DNA from: Eledone cirrhosa
Taxonomy: Eukaryota
Direction: 5' to 3'
Assembly: GCA_964016885.1 (NCBI GenBank)
Contig: OZ024744.1
Location: 18,910,001 to 18,974,000, forward strand
Length of the DNA stretch: 64,000 bases
The notes beneath the pieces were generated by a model. It saw only the letters and a program-made list of their open reading frames with translations, made no database searches and was not told where the DNA came from. This document shows positions 1 to 12,000 of the stretch, piece by piece (positions within the stretch are counted from its first letter, which is position 1; each line of letters opens with the position of its first letter). The translations under genes and the position numbers were made by a program.

Positions 1-3000
1 TTCTCTACGTCTGTGTCACTGTGTATGTCACTGTATGTCTCTGTATGTCTGTGTCACTGTCTATGTCACTGTATCTTTGTGTATGTCTGTGTCACTGTGT
101 ATGTCACTGTGTGTTTATGTATTTCTGTGTCTCTGTGTATGCCACTGTATCTTTGTGCATGTCTGCGTCACTGTGTATGTCACTGTGTGTTTCTGTATGT
201 CTGTGTCACTGTGTATGTCGCAGTGTGTTTCTGTATATATGTGTCTCTGTGTATGTCAATGTATCTTTGTGTATGTCTGTGTCACTGTGTGTTTCTGTAT
301 GTCTGTGTCACTGTGTATGTCACTGTATGTTTGTGTGTGTCTGTGTCACTGTGTATGTCACTGTGTGTTTGTGTATGTCTGTGTCACAGTATGTTTCTGT
401 ATGTCTGTGTCACTGTGTATGTCACTGTTTGTTTCTGTATGTATGTGTCACTGTGTATGTCACCGTATGTGAGTGTATGTCTGTGTCACGGTGTATGTCA
501 CTGTATCTTTGTGTATGCCTGTGTCACTGTGTATGTCACTGTGTGTTTTTGTATGTCTGTGTCACTGTGTATGTCACTGTATGTTTGTGTGTGTCTGTGT
601 CACTGTGTATGTCAATGTCTCTGTGTGTTTCTGTATGTCTTTGTCTCTGTGTATGTAACTGTATCTTTGTGTATGTATGTGTCACTGTGTATGTCACTGT
701 GTGTTTCTGTATGTCTGTGTCACTGTGTATATCACTGTGTGTTTCTGTATATCTGTGTCTCTGTGTATGTCACTGTATCTTCGTGTATGTCTGGGTCACT
801 GTGTATGTCACTGTATATTTGTGTATGTCTGTGTCACTGTGTATGTCACTGTATGTTTCTGTATGTCTGTGTCACTGTGTATATCAATGTGTGTTTCTGT
901 ATCTCTGTGTCACGGTGTATGTCACAGCATGTTTGTGTATGTCTGTGTGACTGTGTATGTCACTGTGTGTTTCTGTATGGCTGTGTCACTGTGTATGTCA
1001 CTGTATCTTTGTGTATGTCTGTGTCACTGTGTATGTCACAGTGTGTTTCTGTATGTCTGTGTCACTGTCTATGTCACTGTATGTTTCTGAATGTCTGTGT
1101 CACTGTGTATGTCACTGTGTTTCTGTATGTCTGTGTCACGATGTATGTCACTGTATGTTTGTGTGTGACTGTGTCACTGTGTATGTCACTGTATGTTTGT
1201 GTATGTCTGTGTCACTGTATGTTTCTGTATGTCTGTGTCACTGTGTATGTCACTGTGTGTTTCTGTATGTCTGTGTCACTGTGTATGTCATTGTATATTT
1301 GTGTATGTCTGTGTCACTGTGTATGTCACTGTATGTTTCTGTAAGTTTGTGTCACTGTGTATGTCACTGTGTGTTTCTGTATGTCTGTGTCTCTGTGTAT
1401 GTCACTGTATGTTTCTGTATGTCTGTTTCACTGTGTATGTCACTGTGTCTTTATGTATGTCTGTGTCACTCTGTATGTCACTGTATATTTCTGTATGTCT
1501 GTGTCACTGTGTATGTCACTGTATGTTTCTGTATGTTTGTGTCACTGTGTATGTCACTGTATGTTTCTGTATGTCTGTTTCACTGTGTATGTCACTGTGT
1601 CTTTATGTATGTCTGTGTCACTCTGTATGTCACTGTATATTTCTGTATGTCTGTGTCACTGTGTATGTCACTGTATGTTTCTGTATGTCTGTGTCACTCT
1701 GTATGTCACTGTATGTTTCTATATGTCTGTGTCACTGTGTATGTCACTGTATGTTTCTGTATGTCTGTCTCACTGTGTATGTCACTGTGTGTTTCTGTAT
1801 GTCTGTGTCACTCTGTATGTCACTGTATATGTCTGTATGTCTGTTTCACTGTGTATGTCACTGTATGTTTCTGTATGTCTGTGTCACTGTGTATGTCACT
1901 GTGTGTTTCTGTATGTCTGTGTCACTGTATATGTCACTGTAACTTTGTGTATGCCTGTGTCACTGTTTATGTCACTGTATGTTTCTGTATATCTGTTTCA
2001 CTGTGTATGACACTGTGTGTTTCTGTATGTATGTATCACTGTGTATGTCACTGTGTGTTTCTGTATGTCTGTGTCACTATGTAAGTCATTGTATCTTTGT
2101 GTATGTCACTGTGTATTTCTGTATGTCTGTGTCACTGTGTATGTCACAGTGTGTTTCTGTATATCTGTGTCACTGTGTATGTCACTGTATGTTTCTGTAT
2201 GTATGTTTCACTGTGTATGTCACTAAATGTTTGTGTGTGTCTGTGTCTCTGTGTATGTCACTGTGTGTTTGCGTGTGTCTGTGTCACTGTGTATGTCACT
2301 GTGTGTTTCTGTATGTCTGTGTGACTGTGTATGTCACTGTTTGTTTGTGTATGTCTGTGTCACTGTGTGTGTTTCTGTATGTCTGTGTCACTGTGTATGT
2401 CATTGCATCTTTGTGTATGTCTGTGTCACTCTGTATGTCACTGTGTGTTTCTGCATGTCTGTGTCACTGTGTATGTCACTGTGTGTTCCTGTATGTCTGT
2501 GTCACTGTGTATGTCACTGTATGTTTCTGTATGTCTGTTTCACTGTGTATATCACTGTGTGTTTCTGTATGTCTGTGTCACTGTATATGTCACTGTATCT
2601 TTGTGTATCCCTGTGTCACTGTCTATGTCACTGTATGTTTCTGTATGTCTGTTTCACTGTGTATGTCACTGTATATTTGTGTATGTCTGTGTCACTCTGT
2701 ATGTCACTGTGTGTTTCTGTATGTCTGTGTCACTATGTATGCCACTGTGTGTTTGTGTTGTCTGTGTCATTGTGTATGTCACTGGGTGTTTCTGTATGTC
2801 TGTGTCACTGTGTATGACACTGTGTCTTTCTGTATGCATGTATCACTGTGTATGTCACTGTGTGTATCTGTATGTCTGTGTCACTGTGTAAGTCATTGTA
2901 TTTTTGTGTATGTCTGTGGCACTCTGTATGTCGTTGTGTGTTTCTGTATGTATGTGTCTCTGTGTATGTCACTGTATATTTGTGTATGTATGTGTCACTG

Positions 3001-6000
3001 TGTATGTCACTGTGAGTTTCTCTATGTCTGTGTCACTGTGTATGTCACTGTATGTCTCTGTATGTCTGTGTCACTGTCTATGTCACTGTATCTTTGGGTA
3101 TGTCTGTGTCACTGTGTATGTCACTGTGTGTTTATGTATTTCTGTGTCTCTGTGTATGCCACTGTATCTTTGTGTATGTCTGCGTCACTGTGTATGTCAC
3201 TGTGTGTTTCTGTATGTCTGTGTCCCTGTGTATGTCACAGTGTGTTTCTGTATATATGTGTCTCTGTGTATGTCACTGTATCTTTGTGTATGTCTGTGTC
3301 ACTGTGTGTTTGTGTATGTCTGTGTCACGGTATGTTTCTGTATGTCTGTGTCACTGTGTATGTCACTGTTTGTTTCTGTATGTATGTGTCACTGTGTATG
3401 TCACCGTATGTGTGTGTATGTCTGTGTCACGGTGTATGTCACTGTATCTTTGTGTATGCCTGTGTCACTGTGTATGTCACTGTGTGTTTCTGTATGTCTG
3501 TGTCACTGTGTATGTCACTGTATGTTTGTGTGTGTCTGTGTCACTGTGTATGTCAATGTCTCTGTGTGTTTCTGTATGTCTGTGTCTCTGTGTATGTCAC
3601 TGTATCTTTGTATATGTATGTGTCACTGTGTACGTCATTGTGTGTTTCTGTATGTCTGTGTCACTGTGTATATCACTGTGTGTTTCTGTATATCTGTGTC
3701 TCTGTGTATGTCACTGTTTGTTTGCGTGTGTCTGTGTGACTGTTTATGTCACTGTGTGTTTCTGTATGTCTGTGTGACTGTGTATGTCACTGTGTGTTTG
3801 TGTATGTCTGTGTCACTGTATGTTTCTGTATGTCTGTGTCACTGTGTATGTCTGTGTCACTGTGTATGTCACTGTGTGTTTCTGTATGTCTGTGTCACTG
3901 TGTATGTCATTGTATCTTTGTGTATGTCTGTGTCACTGTGTCTTTATGTATGTCTGTGTCACTCTGTATGTCACTGTATATTTCTGTATGTCTGTGTCAC
4001 TGTGTATATCACTGTATGTTTCTGTATGTCTGTGTCACTGTGTATGTCACTGTGTATGTCACTGTATCTTTGTGTATGTACGTGTCACTGTGTATGTCAC
4101 AGTGTGTTTCTGTATGTCTGTGTCACTGTCTATGTCACTGTATGTTCCTGAATGTCTGTGTCACTGTGTATGTCACTGTGTGTTTGTGTATGTCTGTGTC
4201 ACTGTATGTTTCTGTATGTCTGTGTCACTGTGTATGTCACTGTGTGGTTCTGTATGTTTGTGTCACTGTGTATGACATTGTATCTTTGTGTATGTCTGTG
4301 TCACTGTGTATGTCACTGTATGTTTCTGTATGTTTGTGTCAATGTGTATGTCACTGTGTGTTTCTGTATGTCTGTGTCCCTGTGTATGTCACTGTATGTT
4401 TCTGTATGTCTGTTTCACTGTGTATGTCACTGTGTATTTATGTATGTCTGTGTCACTCTGTATGTCACTGTATATTTCTGTATGTCTGTGTCACTGTGTA
4501 TGTCACTGTATGTTTCTGTATGTCTGTGTCATTGTGTATGTAACTGTATGTTTCTGTATGTCTGTGTCACTGTGTATGTCACTGTATATTTGTGTATGTC
4601 TGTGTCCCTGTGTATGTCACTGTGTGTTTCTGTATGTTTGTGTCACTGTGTATGTCACTAAATGTTTGTGTGTGTCTGTGTCTCTGTGTATGTCACTGTT
4701 TGTTTGCGTGTGTCTGTGTCACTGTGTATGTCACTGTGTGTTTCTGTATGTCTGTGTGACTGTGTATGTCACTGTGTGTTTGTGTATGTCTGTGTCACTG
4801 TATGTTTGTGTTACTGTGTATGTCACTAAATGTTTGTGTGTGTCTGTGTCTCTGTGTATGTCACTGTGTGTTTGCGTGTGTCTGTGTCACTGTGTATGTC
4901 ACTGTGTGTTTCTGTATGTCTGTGTCACTGTGTATGTCACTGTATGTTTCTGTATTCTGTTTCACTGTGTATATCACTGTGTGTTTCTGTATGTCTGTGT
5001 CACTGTATATGTCACTGTATCTTTGTGTATGCCTGTGTCACTGTCTATGTTACTGTATGTTTATGTATGTCTGTTTCACTCTGTATGTCACTGCATATTT
5101 GTGTATGTCTGTGTCACTCTGTATGTCACTGTGTGTGTGTGTATGTCTGTGTCACTGTATGTTTCTGTAAGTCTGTGTCACTGTGTATGTCACTGTGTGT
5201 TTCTGTATGTATGTGTCACCGTGTATGTCACTGTATCTTTGTGTATGTCTGTGGCACTCTGTATGTCGTTGTGTGTTTCTGTATGTATGTGTCTCTGTGT
5301 ATGTCACTGTATATTTGTGTATGTATGTGTCACTGTGTATGTCACTGTGAGTTTCTCTATGTCTGTGTCACTGTGTATGTCACTGTATGTCTCTGTATGT
5401 CTGTGTCACTGTCTATGTCACTGTATCTTTGGGTATGTCTGTGTCACTGTGTATGTCACTGTGTGTTTATGTATTTCTGTGTCTCTGTGTATGCCACTGT
5501 ATCTTTGTGTATGTCTGCGTCACTGTGTATGTCACTGTGTGTTTCTGTATGTCTGTGTCACTGTGTATGTCACAGTGTGTTTCTGTATATATGTGTCTCT
5601 GTGTATGTCACTGTATCTTTGTGTATGTCTCTGTCACTGTGTGTTTCTGTATGTCTGTGTCACTGTGTATGTCACTGTATGTTTGTGTGTGTCTGTGTCA
5701 CTGTGTATGTCACTGTGTGTTTGTGTATGTCTGTGTCACTGTATGTTTCTGTATGTCTGTGTCACTGTGTATGTCACTGTTTGTTTCTGTATGTATGTGT
5801 CACTGTGTATGTCACCGTATGTGTGTGTATGTCTGTGTCATGTTGTATGTCACTGTATCTTTGTGTATGCCTGTGTCACTGTGTATGTCACTGTGTGTTT
5901 CTGTATGTCTGTGTCACTGTGTATGTCACTGTATGTTTGTGTGTGTCTGTGTCACTGTGTATGTCAATGTCTCTGTGTGTTTCTGTATGTCTGTGTCTCT

Positions 6001-9000
6001 GTGTATGTCACTGTATCTTTGTGTATGTATGTGTCAATGTGTATGTCATTGTGTGTTTCTGTATGTCTGTGTCACTGTGTATATCACTGTGTGTTTCTGT
6101 ATATCTGTGTCTCTGTGTATGTCACTGTTTGTTTGCGTGAATCTGTGTCACTGTTTATGTCACTGTGTGTTTCTGTATGTCTGTGTGACTGTGTATGTCA
6201 CTGTGTGTTTGTGTATGTCTGTGTCACTGTATGTTTCTGTATGTCTTTGTCACTGTGTATGTCACTGTGTGTTTCTGTATGTATGTGTCACCGTGTATGT
6301 CACTGTATCTTTGTGTATGCCTGTGTCACTGTGTATGTCACTGTGTGTTTCTGTATGTTTGTGTCATTGTGTATGTCACTAAATGTTTGTGTGTGTCTGT
6401 GTCCCTGTGTATGTCACTGTGTGTTTGCGTGTGTCTGTGTCACTGTGTATGTCACTGTGTGTTTCTGTATGTCTGTGTGACTGTGTATGTCACTGTTCGT
6501 GTATGTCTGTGTCACTGTGTGTGTTTCTGTATGTCTGTGTCACTGTGTATGTCATTGCATCTTTGTGTATGTCTGTCTCACTCTGTATGTCACTGTGTGT
6601 TTCTGCATGTCTGTGTCACTGTGTATGTCACTGTGTGTTTCTGTATGTCTGTGTCACGGTGTATGTCACTGTATGTTTGTGTGTGACTGTGTCACTGTGT
6701 ATGTCACTGTGTGTTTGTGTATGTCTGTGTCACTGTATGTTTCTGTATGTCTGTGTCACTGTGTATGTCACTGTGTGTTTCTGTATGTCTGTGTCACTGT
6801 GTATGTCATTGTATCTTTGTGTATGTCTGTGTCACTGTGTCTTTATGTATGTCTGTGTCACTCTGTATGTCACTGTATATTTCTGTATGTCTGTGTCACT
6901 GTGTATATCACTGTATGTTTCTGTATGTCTGTGTCACTGTGTATGTCACTGTGTGTTTCTGTATGGCTGTGTCACTGTGTATGTCACTGTATTTTGTGTA
7001 TGTCCGTGTCACTGTGTATGTCACAGTGTGTTTCTGTATGTCTGTGTCACTGTCTATGTCACTGTATGTTTCTGAATGTCTGTGTCACTGTGTATGTCAC
7101 TGTGTGTTTGTGTATGTCTGTGTCACTGTATGTTTCTGTATGTCTGTGTCACTGTGTATGACACTGTGTGGTTCTGTATGTCTGTGTCACTGTGTATGAC
7201 ATTGTATCTTTGTGTATGTCTGTGTCGCTGTGTATGTCACTGTATGTTTCTGTATGTTTGTGTCACTGTGTATGTCACTGTGTGTTTTTGTATGTCTGTG
7301 TCACTGTGTATGTCACTGTATGTTTCTGTATGTCTGTTTCACTGTGTATGTCACTGTGTATTTATGTATGTCTGTGTCACTCTGTATGTCACTGTATATT
7401 TCTGTATGTCTGTGTCACTGTGTATGTCACTGTATGTTTCTGTATGCCTGTGTCACTGTGTATGTCACTGTATGTTTCTGTATGTCTGTGTCACTGTGTA
7501 TGTCACTGTATATTTGTGTATGTCTGTGTCCCTGTGTATGTCACTGTATGTTTCTGTATGTTTGTGTCACTGTGTATGTCACTGTGTGTTTCTGTATGTC
7601 TGTGTCACTGTGTATGTCACTGTGTGTTTCTGTATGTTTGTGTCACTGTGTATGTCACTAAATGTTTGTGTGTGTATGTGTCTCTGTGTATGTCACTGTT
7701 TGTTTGCGTGTGTCTGTGTCACTGTGTATGTCACTGTGTGTTTCTGTATGTCTGTGTGACTGTGTATGTCACTGTGTGTTTGTGTATGTCTGTGTCACTG
7801 TATGTTTCTGTATGTCTGTGTCACTGTGTATGTCACTGTGTGTTTCTGTATGTATGTGTCACCGTGTATGTCACTGTATCTTTGTGTATGCCTGTGTCAC
7901 TGTGTATGTCACTGTGTGTTTCTGTATGTTTGTGTTACTGTGTATGTCACTGTGTGTTTCTGTATGTCTGTGTCACTGTGTATGTCACTGTGTGTTTCTG
8001 TATGTTTGTGTCACTGTGTATGTCACTAAATGTTTGTGTGTGTCTGTGTCTCTGTGTATGTCACTGTGTGTTTGCGTGTGTTTGTGTCACTGTGTATGTC
8101 ACTGTGTGTTTCTGTATGTCTGTGTCACTGTGTATGTCACTGTATGTTTCTGTATGTCTGTTTCACTGTGTATATCACTGTGTGTTTCTGTATGTCTGTG
8201 TCACTGTATATGTCACTGTATCTTTGTGTATGCCTGTGTCACTGTCTATGTCACTGTATGTTTATGTATGTCTGTTTCACTCTGTATGTCACTGTATATT
8301 TGTGTATGTCTGTGTCACTCTGTATGTCACTGTGTGTTTCTGTATGTCTGTGTCACTATGTATGCCACTGTATATTTGTGTTGTCTGTGTCATCGTGTAT
8401 GTCACTGTGTCTTTCTGTATGTATGTATCACTGTGTATGTCACTGTGTGTATCTGTATGTCTGTGTCACTGTGTAAGTCATTGTATCTTTGTGTATGTCT
8501 GTGGTACTTTGTATGTCGTTGTGTGTTTCTGTATGTCTGTGTCACTGTGTATATCACTGTGTGTTTCTGTATATCTGTGTCTATGTGTATGTCACTGTAT
8601 CTTTGTGTATGCCTGGGTCACTGTGTATGTCACTGTATATTTGTGTATGTCTGTGTCACGGTGTATATCACTGTATGTTTGTGTATGTCTGTGTCACTGT
8701 GTATGTCACTGTATGTTTCTGTATGTCTGTGTCACTGTGTATATCAATGTGTGTTTCTGTATCTCTGTGTCACGGTGTATGTCACTGCATGTTTGTGTAT
8801 GTCTGTGTGACTGTGTATGTCACTGTGTGTTTCTGTATGGCTGTGTCACTGTGTATGTCACTGTATCTTTGTGTATGTTTGTATCACTGTGTATGTCACT
8901 GTGTGTTTATGTATGTCTGTGTCTCTGTGTATGTCACTGTATCTTTGCGTATGTCTGCGTCACTGTGTATGTCACTGTGTGTTTCTGTATGTCTGTGTCA

Positions 9001-12000
9001 CTGTGTATGTCACAGTGTGTTTCTGTATATCTGTGTCTCTGTGTATGTCACTGTATCTTTGTGTATGTCTGTGTCACTGTGTATGTCACTGTATGTTTCT
9101 GTATGTATGTTTCACTGTGTATGTCACTAAATGTTTGTGTGTGTCTGTGTCTCTGTGTATGTCACTGTGTGTTTGCGTGTGTCTGTGTCACTGTGTATGT
9201 CACTGTGTGTTTCTGTATGTCTGTGTGACTGTGTATGTCACTGTTTGTTTGTGTATGTCTATGTCACTGTGTGTGTTTCTGTATGTCTGTGTCACTGTGT
9301 ATGTCATTGCATCTTTGTGTATGTCTGTGTCACTGTGTATGTCACTGTATGTTTCTGTATGTTTGTGTCACTGTGTATGTCACTGTGTGTTTCTGTATGT
9401 CTGTGTCTCTGTGTATGTCACTGTATGTTTCTGTATGTCTGTTTCACTGTGTATGTCACTGTGTCTTTATGTATGTCTGTGTCACTCTGTATGTCACTGT
9501 ATATTTCTGTATGTCTGTGTCACTGTGTATGTCACTGTATGTTTCTGTATGTCTGTGTCACTGTGTATGTCACTGTATGTTTATGTATGTCTGTGTCACT
9601 GTGTATGTCACTGTATCTTTGTGTATGTCTGTGTCCCTGTGTATGTCACTGTTTGTTTCTGTATGTTTGTGTCACTGTGTATGTCACTGTGTATTTCTGT
9701 ATGTCTGTGTCACTGTGTATGTCACTGTGTGTTTCTGTATGTTTGTGTCACTGTGTATGTCACTAAATGTTTGTGTGTGTCTGTGTCTCTGTGTATGTCA
9801 CTGTTTGTTTGCGTGTGTCTGTGTCACTGTGTATGTCACTGTGTGTTTGTGTATGTCTGTGTGACTGTGTATGTCACTGTGTGTTTGTGTATGTCTGTGT
9901 CACTGTATGTTTCTGTATGTCTGTGTCACTGTGTATGTCACTGTGTGTTTCTGTATGTATGTGTCACCGTGTATGTCACTGTATCTTTGTGTATGCCTGT
10001 GTCACTGTGTATGTCACTGTGTGTTTCTGTATGTTTGTGTCACTGTGTATGTCACTAAATGTTTGTGTGTGTCTGTGTCTCTGTGTATGTCACTGTATGT
10101 TTGCGTGTGTCTGTGTCACTGTGTATGTCACTGTGTGTGTTTCTGTATGTCTGTGTCACTGTGTATGTCATTGCATCTTTGTGTATGCCTGTCTCACTCT
10201 GTATGTCACTGTGTGTTTCTGCATGTCTGTGTCACTGTGTATGTCAATGTGTGTTTCTGTATGTCTGTGTCACTGTGTATGTCACTGTATGTTTCTGTAT
10301 GTCTGTTTCACTGTGTATGTCACTGTATATGTGTGTATGTCTGTGTCACTCTGTATGTCACTGTTTGTTTCTGTATGTCTATGACACTATGTATGCCACT
10401 GTATATTTGTGTTGTCTGTGTCATTGTGTATGTCACTGGGTGTTTCTGTATGTCTGTGTCACTGTGTATGACACTGTGTCTTTCTGTATGTATGTATCAC
10501 TGTGTATGTCACTGTGTGTATCTGTATGTCTGTGTCACTGTGTAAGTCATTGTATCTTTGTGTATGTCTGTGGCACTCTGTATGTCGTTGTGTGTTTCTG
10601 TATGTATGTGTCTCTGTGTATGTCACTGTATATTTGTGTATGTATGTGTCACTGTGTATGTCACTGTGAGTTTCTCTACGTCTGTGTCACTGTGTATGTC
10701 ACTGTATGTCTCTGTATGTCTGTGTCACTGTCTATGTCACTGTATCTTTGTGTATGTCTGTGTCACTGTGTATGTCACTGTGTGTTTATGTATTTCTGTG
10801 TCTCTGTGTATGCCACTGTATCTTTGTGCATGTCTGCGTCACTGTGTATGTCACTGTGTGTTTCTGTATGTCTGTGTCACTGTGTATGTCGCAGTGTGTT
10901 TCTGTATATATGTGTTTCTGTGTATGTCAATGTATCTTTGTGTATGTCTGTGTCACTGTGTGTTTCTGTATGTCTGTGTCACTGTGTATGTCACTGTATG
11001 TTTGTGTGTGTCTGTGTCACTGTGTATGTCACTGTGTGTTTGTGTATGTCTGTGTCACAGTATGTTTCTGTATGTCTGTGTCACTGTGTATGTCACTGTT
11101 TGTTTCTGTATGTATGTGTCACTGTGTATGTCACCGTATGTGAGTGTATGTCTGTGTCACGGTGTATGTCACTGTATCTTTGTGTATGCCTGTGTCACTG
11201 TGTATGTCACTGTGTGTTTTTGTATGTCTGTGTCACTGTGTATGTCACTGTATGTTTGTGTGTGTCTGTGTCACTGTGTATGTCAATGTCTCTGTGTGTT
11301 TCTGTATGTCTTTGTCTCTGTGTATGTAACTGTATCTTTGTGTATGTATGTGTCACTGTGTATGTCACTGTGTGTTTCTGTATGTCTGTGTCACTGTGTA
11401 TATCACTGTGTGTTTCTGTATATCTGTGTCTCTGTGTATGTCACTGTATCTTCGTGTATGTCTGGGTCACTGTGTATGTCACTGTATATTTGTGTATGTC
11501 TGTGTCACTGTGTATGTCACTGTATGTTTCTGTATGTCTGTGTCACTGTGTATATCAATGTGTGTTTCTGTATCTCTGTGTCACGGTGTATGTCACAGCA
11601 TGTTTGTGTATGTCTGTGTGACTGTGTATGTCACTGTGTGTTTCTGTATGGCTGTGTCACTGTGTATGTCACTGTATCTTTGTGTATGTCTGTGTCACTG
11701 TGTATGTCACAGTGTGTTTCTGTATGTCTGTGTCACTGTCTATGTCACTGTATGTTTCTGAATGTCTGTGTCACTGTGTATGTCACTGTGTTTCTGTATG
11801 TCTGTGTCACGATGTATGTCACTGTATGTTTGTGTGTGACTGTGTCACTGTGTATGTCACTGTATGTTTGTGTATGTCTGTGTCACTGTATGTTTCTGTA
11901 TGTCTGTGTCACTGTGTATGTCACTGTGTGTTTCTGTATGTCTGTGTCACTGTGTATGTCATTGTATATTTGTGTATGTCTGTGTCACTGTGTATGTCAC

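Noticed and set aside
5130-5148. Z-DNA or G-quadruplex potential
   Set aside because: Purine-pyrimidine alternation is broken by TC/CT/TTT in every monomer, with the longest runs only about 20 bp. GGG is rare and isolated.
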